A stretch of DNA of 64,000 bases from an uncultured Phycisphaeraceae bacterium (GTDB taxonomy: Bacteria > Planctomycetota > Phycisphaerae > Phycisphaerales > Phycisphaeraceae): NCBI GenBank assembly GCA_964511575.1, contig CAZEFM010000005.1, positions 6,232 to 70,231 of the forward strand, written 5' to 3'. Below, one piece after another: positions 62,628 through 64,000 of the stretch. The position numbers and the translations under genes are program-made. Under the pieces are notes generated by a model, which searched no databases, was not told where the DNA came from, and saw only the letters and a list, made by a program, of their open reading frames with translations. Position 1 is the stretch's first letter, and the number at the start of each line of letters is the position of its first letter.

Positions 62628-63446
62628 TCAGAGCGTCGTGGTGGAGGGGCCCCAGATCACCTCGTACAGATCGTTGAGGAACTTCGCCAGGAAGAGGTTC
62701 ATGACGATGATCGCCAGGAAGCTGGTGACGAAGGCGTCGGTGGCGGCCCGGCCGACACCCGCCGCGCCGGGACGGCAGTTAAAGCCCTTGTAGCAACTGA
62801 TCAACCCGATCGACAGGCCGAAGAACACACTTTTGATCAACCCCGACATCAGGTCATACGCTTCGACGAACTCCCTCGAGAAGCGGCGGTATTCCACCGG
62901 ATCCACGCCGAAGCCGTTGACCGTGACAAGCTGCCCGCCGAGGATGCCCATCAGGTCGCTGAACGCGGTGAGGATGGGAACCATGATGACGCAGGCGGCG
63001 ACACGCGGCACGATCAGGTGTGCCACGGGATTGGCGCCCATGGCCGCAAGCGCATCGATCTGTTCGGTTACGCGCATGGTGCCCAACTCCGCGCTGACGG
63101 CTCCGCCCACCCGGCCGGCGATCATCACCGCCGCGAGCACCGGGCCGATCTGACGCACCACCGAGATGTCGATAATGCCGCCCAGACGGTTTTCCATCCC
63201 CATGAGGGCGAACTGATCGTACGCCTCCACCGCGAGCACCATGCCGATGAACGCGCCGACGATCGCGACGACGGGAATGGACTTGGTGCCGATGAGAAAC
63301 AGTTGCGGCGCAAGCAAACGCCACCGCCAACTCGCGCCGTGCAGCGCCCAACGCGCCGCATTCAGGCAGAACTGCGAAAAGAGGGCGAAGTCCTCGACCT
63401 GCCCGGTCACCCGCCGACCCAGATAAACAATACGGTCTCCTGTCAT
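62628..63446 (-). CDS. mlaE: ABC transporter permease, MlaE-like
   Basis: 272 aa from ATG 63446. Contains 'LFLIGTKSIPVVAIVGAFIGMVLA', 'AAVMIAGRVGGAVSAELGTMRVTEQIDAL' and 'GLIKSVFFGLSIGLISCYKGF', typical of MlaE. Confidence 0.85.
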   Translation of the reverse strand: MTGDRIVYLGRRVTGQVEDFALFSQFCLNAARWALHGASWRWRLLAPQLFLIGTKSIPVVAIVGAFIGMVLAVEAYDQFALMGMENRLGGIIDISVVRQIGPVLAAVMIAGRVGGAVSAELGTMRVTEQIDALAAMGANPVAHLIVPRVAACVIMVPILTAFSDLMGILGGQLVTVNGFGVDPVEYRRFSREFVEAYDLMSGLIKSVFFGLSIGLISCYKGFNCRPGAAGVGRAATDAFVTSFLAIIVMNLFLAKFLNDLYEVIWGPSTTTL

Positions 63447-64000
63447 GGTCGAAATTGTAAGGCACGCCCGCGTTCGATGCGACGAACAGGTGGAGGCCTC
63501 AACGGAATCGTGCGTGAGCGTCAACCAGCAGGGCGAGGTGATGTGCCGATGGTCTTCGCAATGGGAAGAAAATGATTGATTTTTGGACGACCCGCGGTAC
63601 GATCATGATGCTCTCCGCCATATCGCGGTATCTGTACCTGTCGCTGGTCGCGTCCATTGATCACCTGACGGGAGCATTTTTCAGGGGAACCTCTCACATT
63701 CCAATCGGAATCCACCCATGCGAAGTGTGCCTGCCGCGAACGTCAATGATCCTGCGCCCGTTCCCGTCCATCGGCCATCGCGCCGCCTTCTGCTGGCCGG
63801 GGCGTTGCTGACCACGGCGCCATCGCGCCGCTCACCGCGAAGGCGGAACTTGTCCCGCTGCTGATGCGCGGCGATGCTACGCTGGCGTTCGACACGACCT
63901 GCCGCTCGACCGCAGGGTGGTCGGACCGTTGGTCGAGGTGGACAATGACACGGCCTATGCCTCGTATCGCTTCGTGGTGACAGAGGTGCGCGACAGTGAC

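Noticed and set aside
63572-63811. A 79-aa plus-strand ORF upstream of mlaE.
   Set aside because: It has no Shine-Dalgarno, odd composition and no motif. It overlaps the likely mlaE promoter region and a different-frame candidate ORF, so it is probably spurious.
1-64000. Search by eye for rRNA, tRNA, tmRNA, RNase P, SRP RNA, CRISPR arrays, IS elements, transposases and integrases.
   Set aside because: I found no T-loop or acceptor-like tRNA signatures in the intergenic regions and no regularly spaced direct repeats. No DDE, tyrosine-recombinase or serine-recombinase motifs appear in any ORF. This is not exhaustive without tRNAscan-SE or Infernal.

Overview
High-GC bacterial chromosomal segment: hand counts give about 57-68% GC per 60-nt line in housekeeping genes. 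Gene content looks like Planctomycetota (DUF1559 prepilin-like protein, PEP-CTERM proteins, a BatA/vWA/DUF4175/DUF4159 operon, two ECF sigma/anti-sigma pairs); this taxon call is inference only. I support about 50 protein genes. Most are housekeeping: proA, a PurS-PurS-PurL fusion, polA, ispG, glcD-glcE-glcF with a divergent class-V aminotransferase, leuA, fbp, apgM, bcp, and Mla components. I saw no rRNA, tRNA, CRISPR array, transposase or integrase. Many very long ORFs in the track are antisense or out-of-frame shadows of real genes, as expected at this GC content, and I rejected them. Best candidate for an undescribed system: a low-GC three-gene cassette at 9780-11155 on the minus strand, wedged between the stop codons of polA and ispG. 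It encodes a small antitoxin-like protein, an FRG-domain protein of unknown biochemistry, and a 153-aa internally duplicated protein with no family I can name. The genes are tightly spaced and translationally coupled. Other notable observations: (1) a Leu-rich leader peptide with antiterminator and terminator upstream of leuA; (2) -10-like hexamers 6-9 nt upstream of several start codons, suggesting leaderless mRNAs; (3) a repeat-rich 0.6-kb intergenic region upstream of an ECF sigma gene; (4) an ECF sigma / FecR-LamG / C-type-lectin PEP-CTERM cluster; (5) a glycolate-to-glycine module with a co-oriented HAD phosphatase. All family assignments rest on motifs I recognise by eye in the translations; no database search was run.
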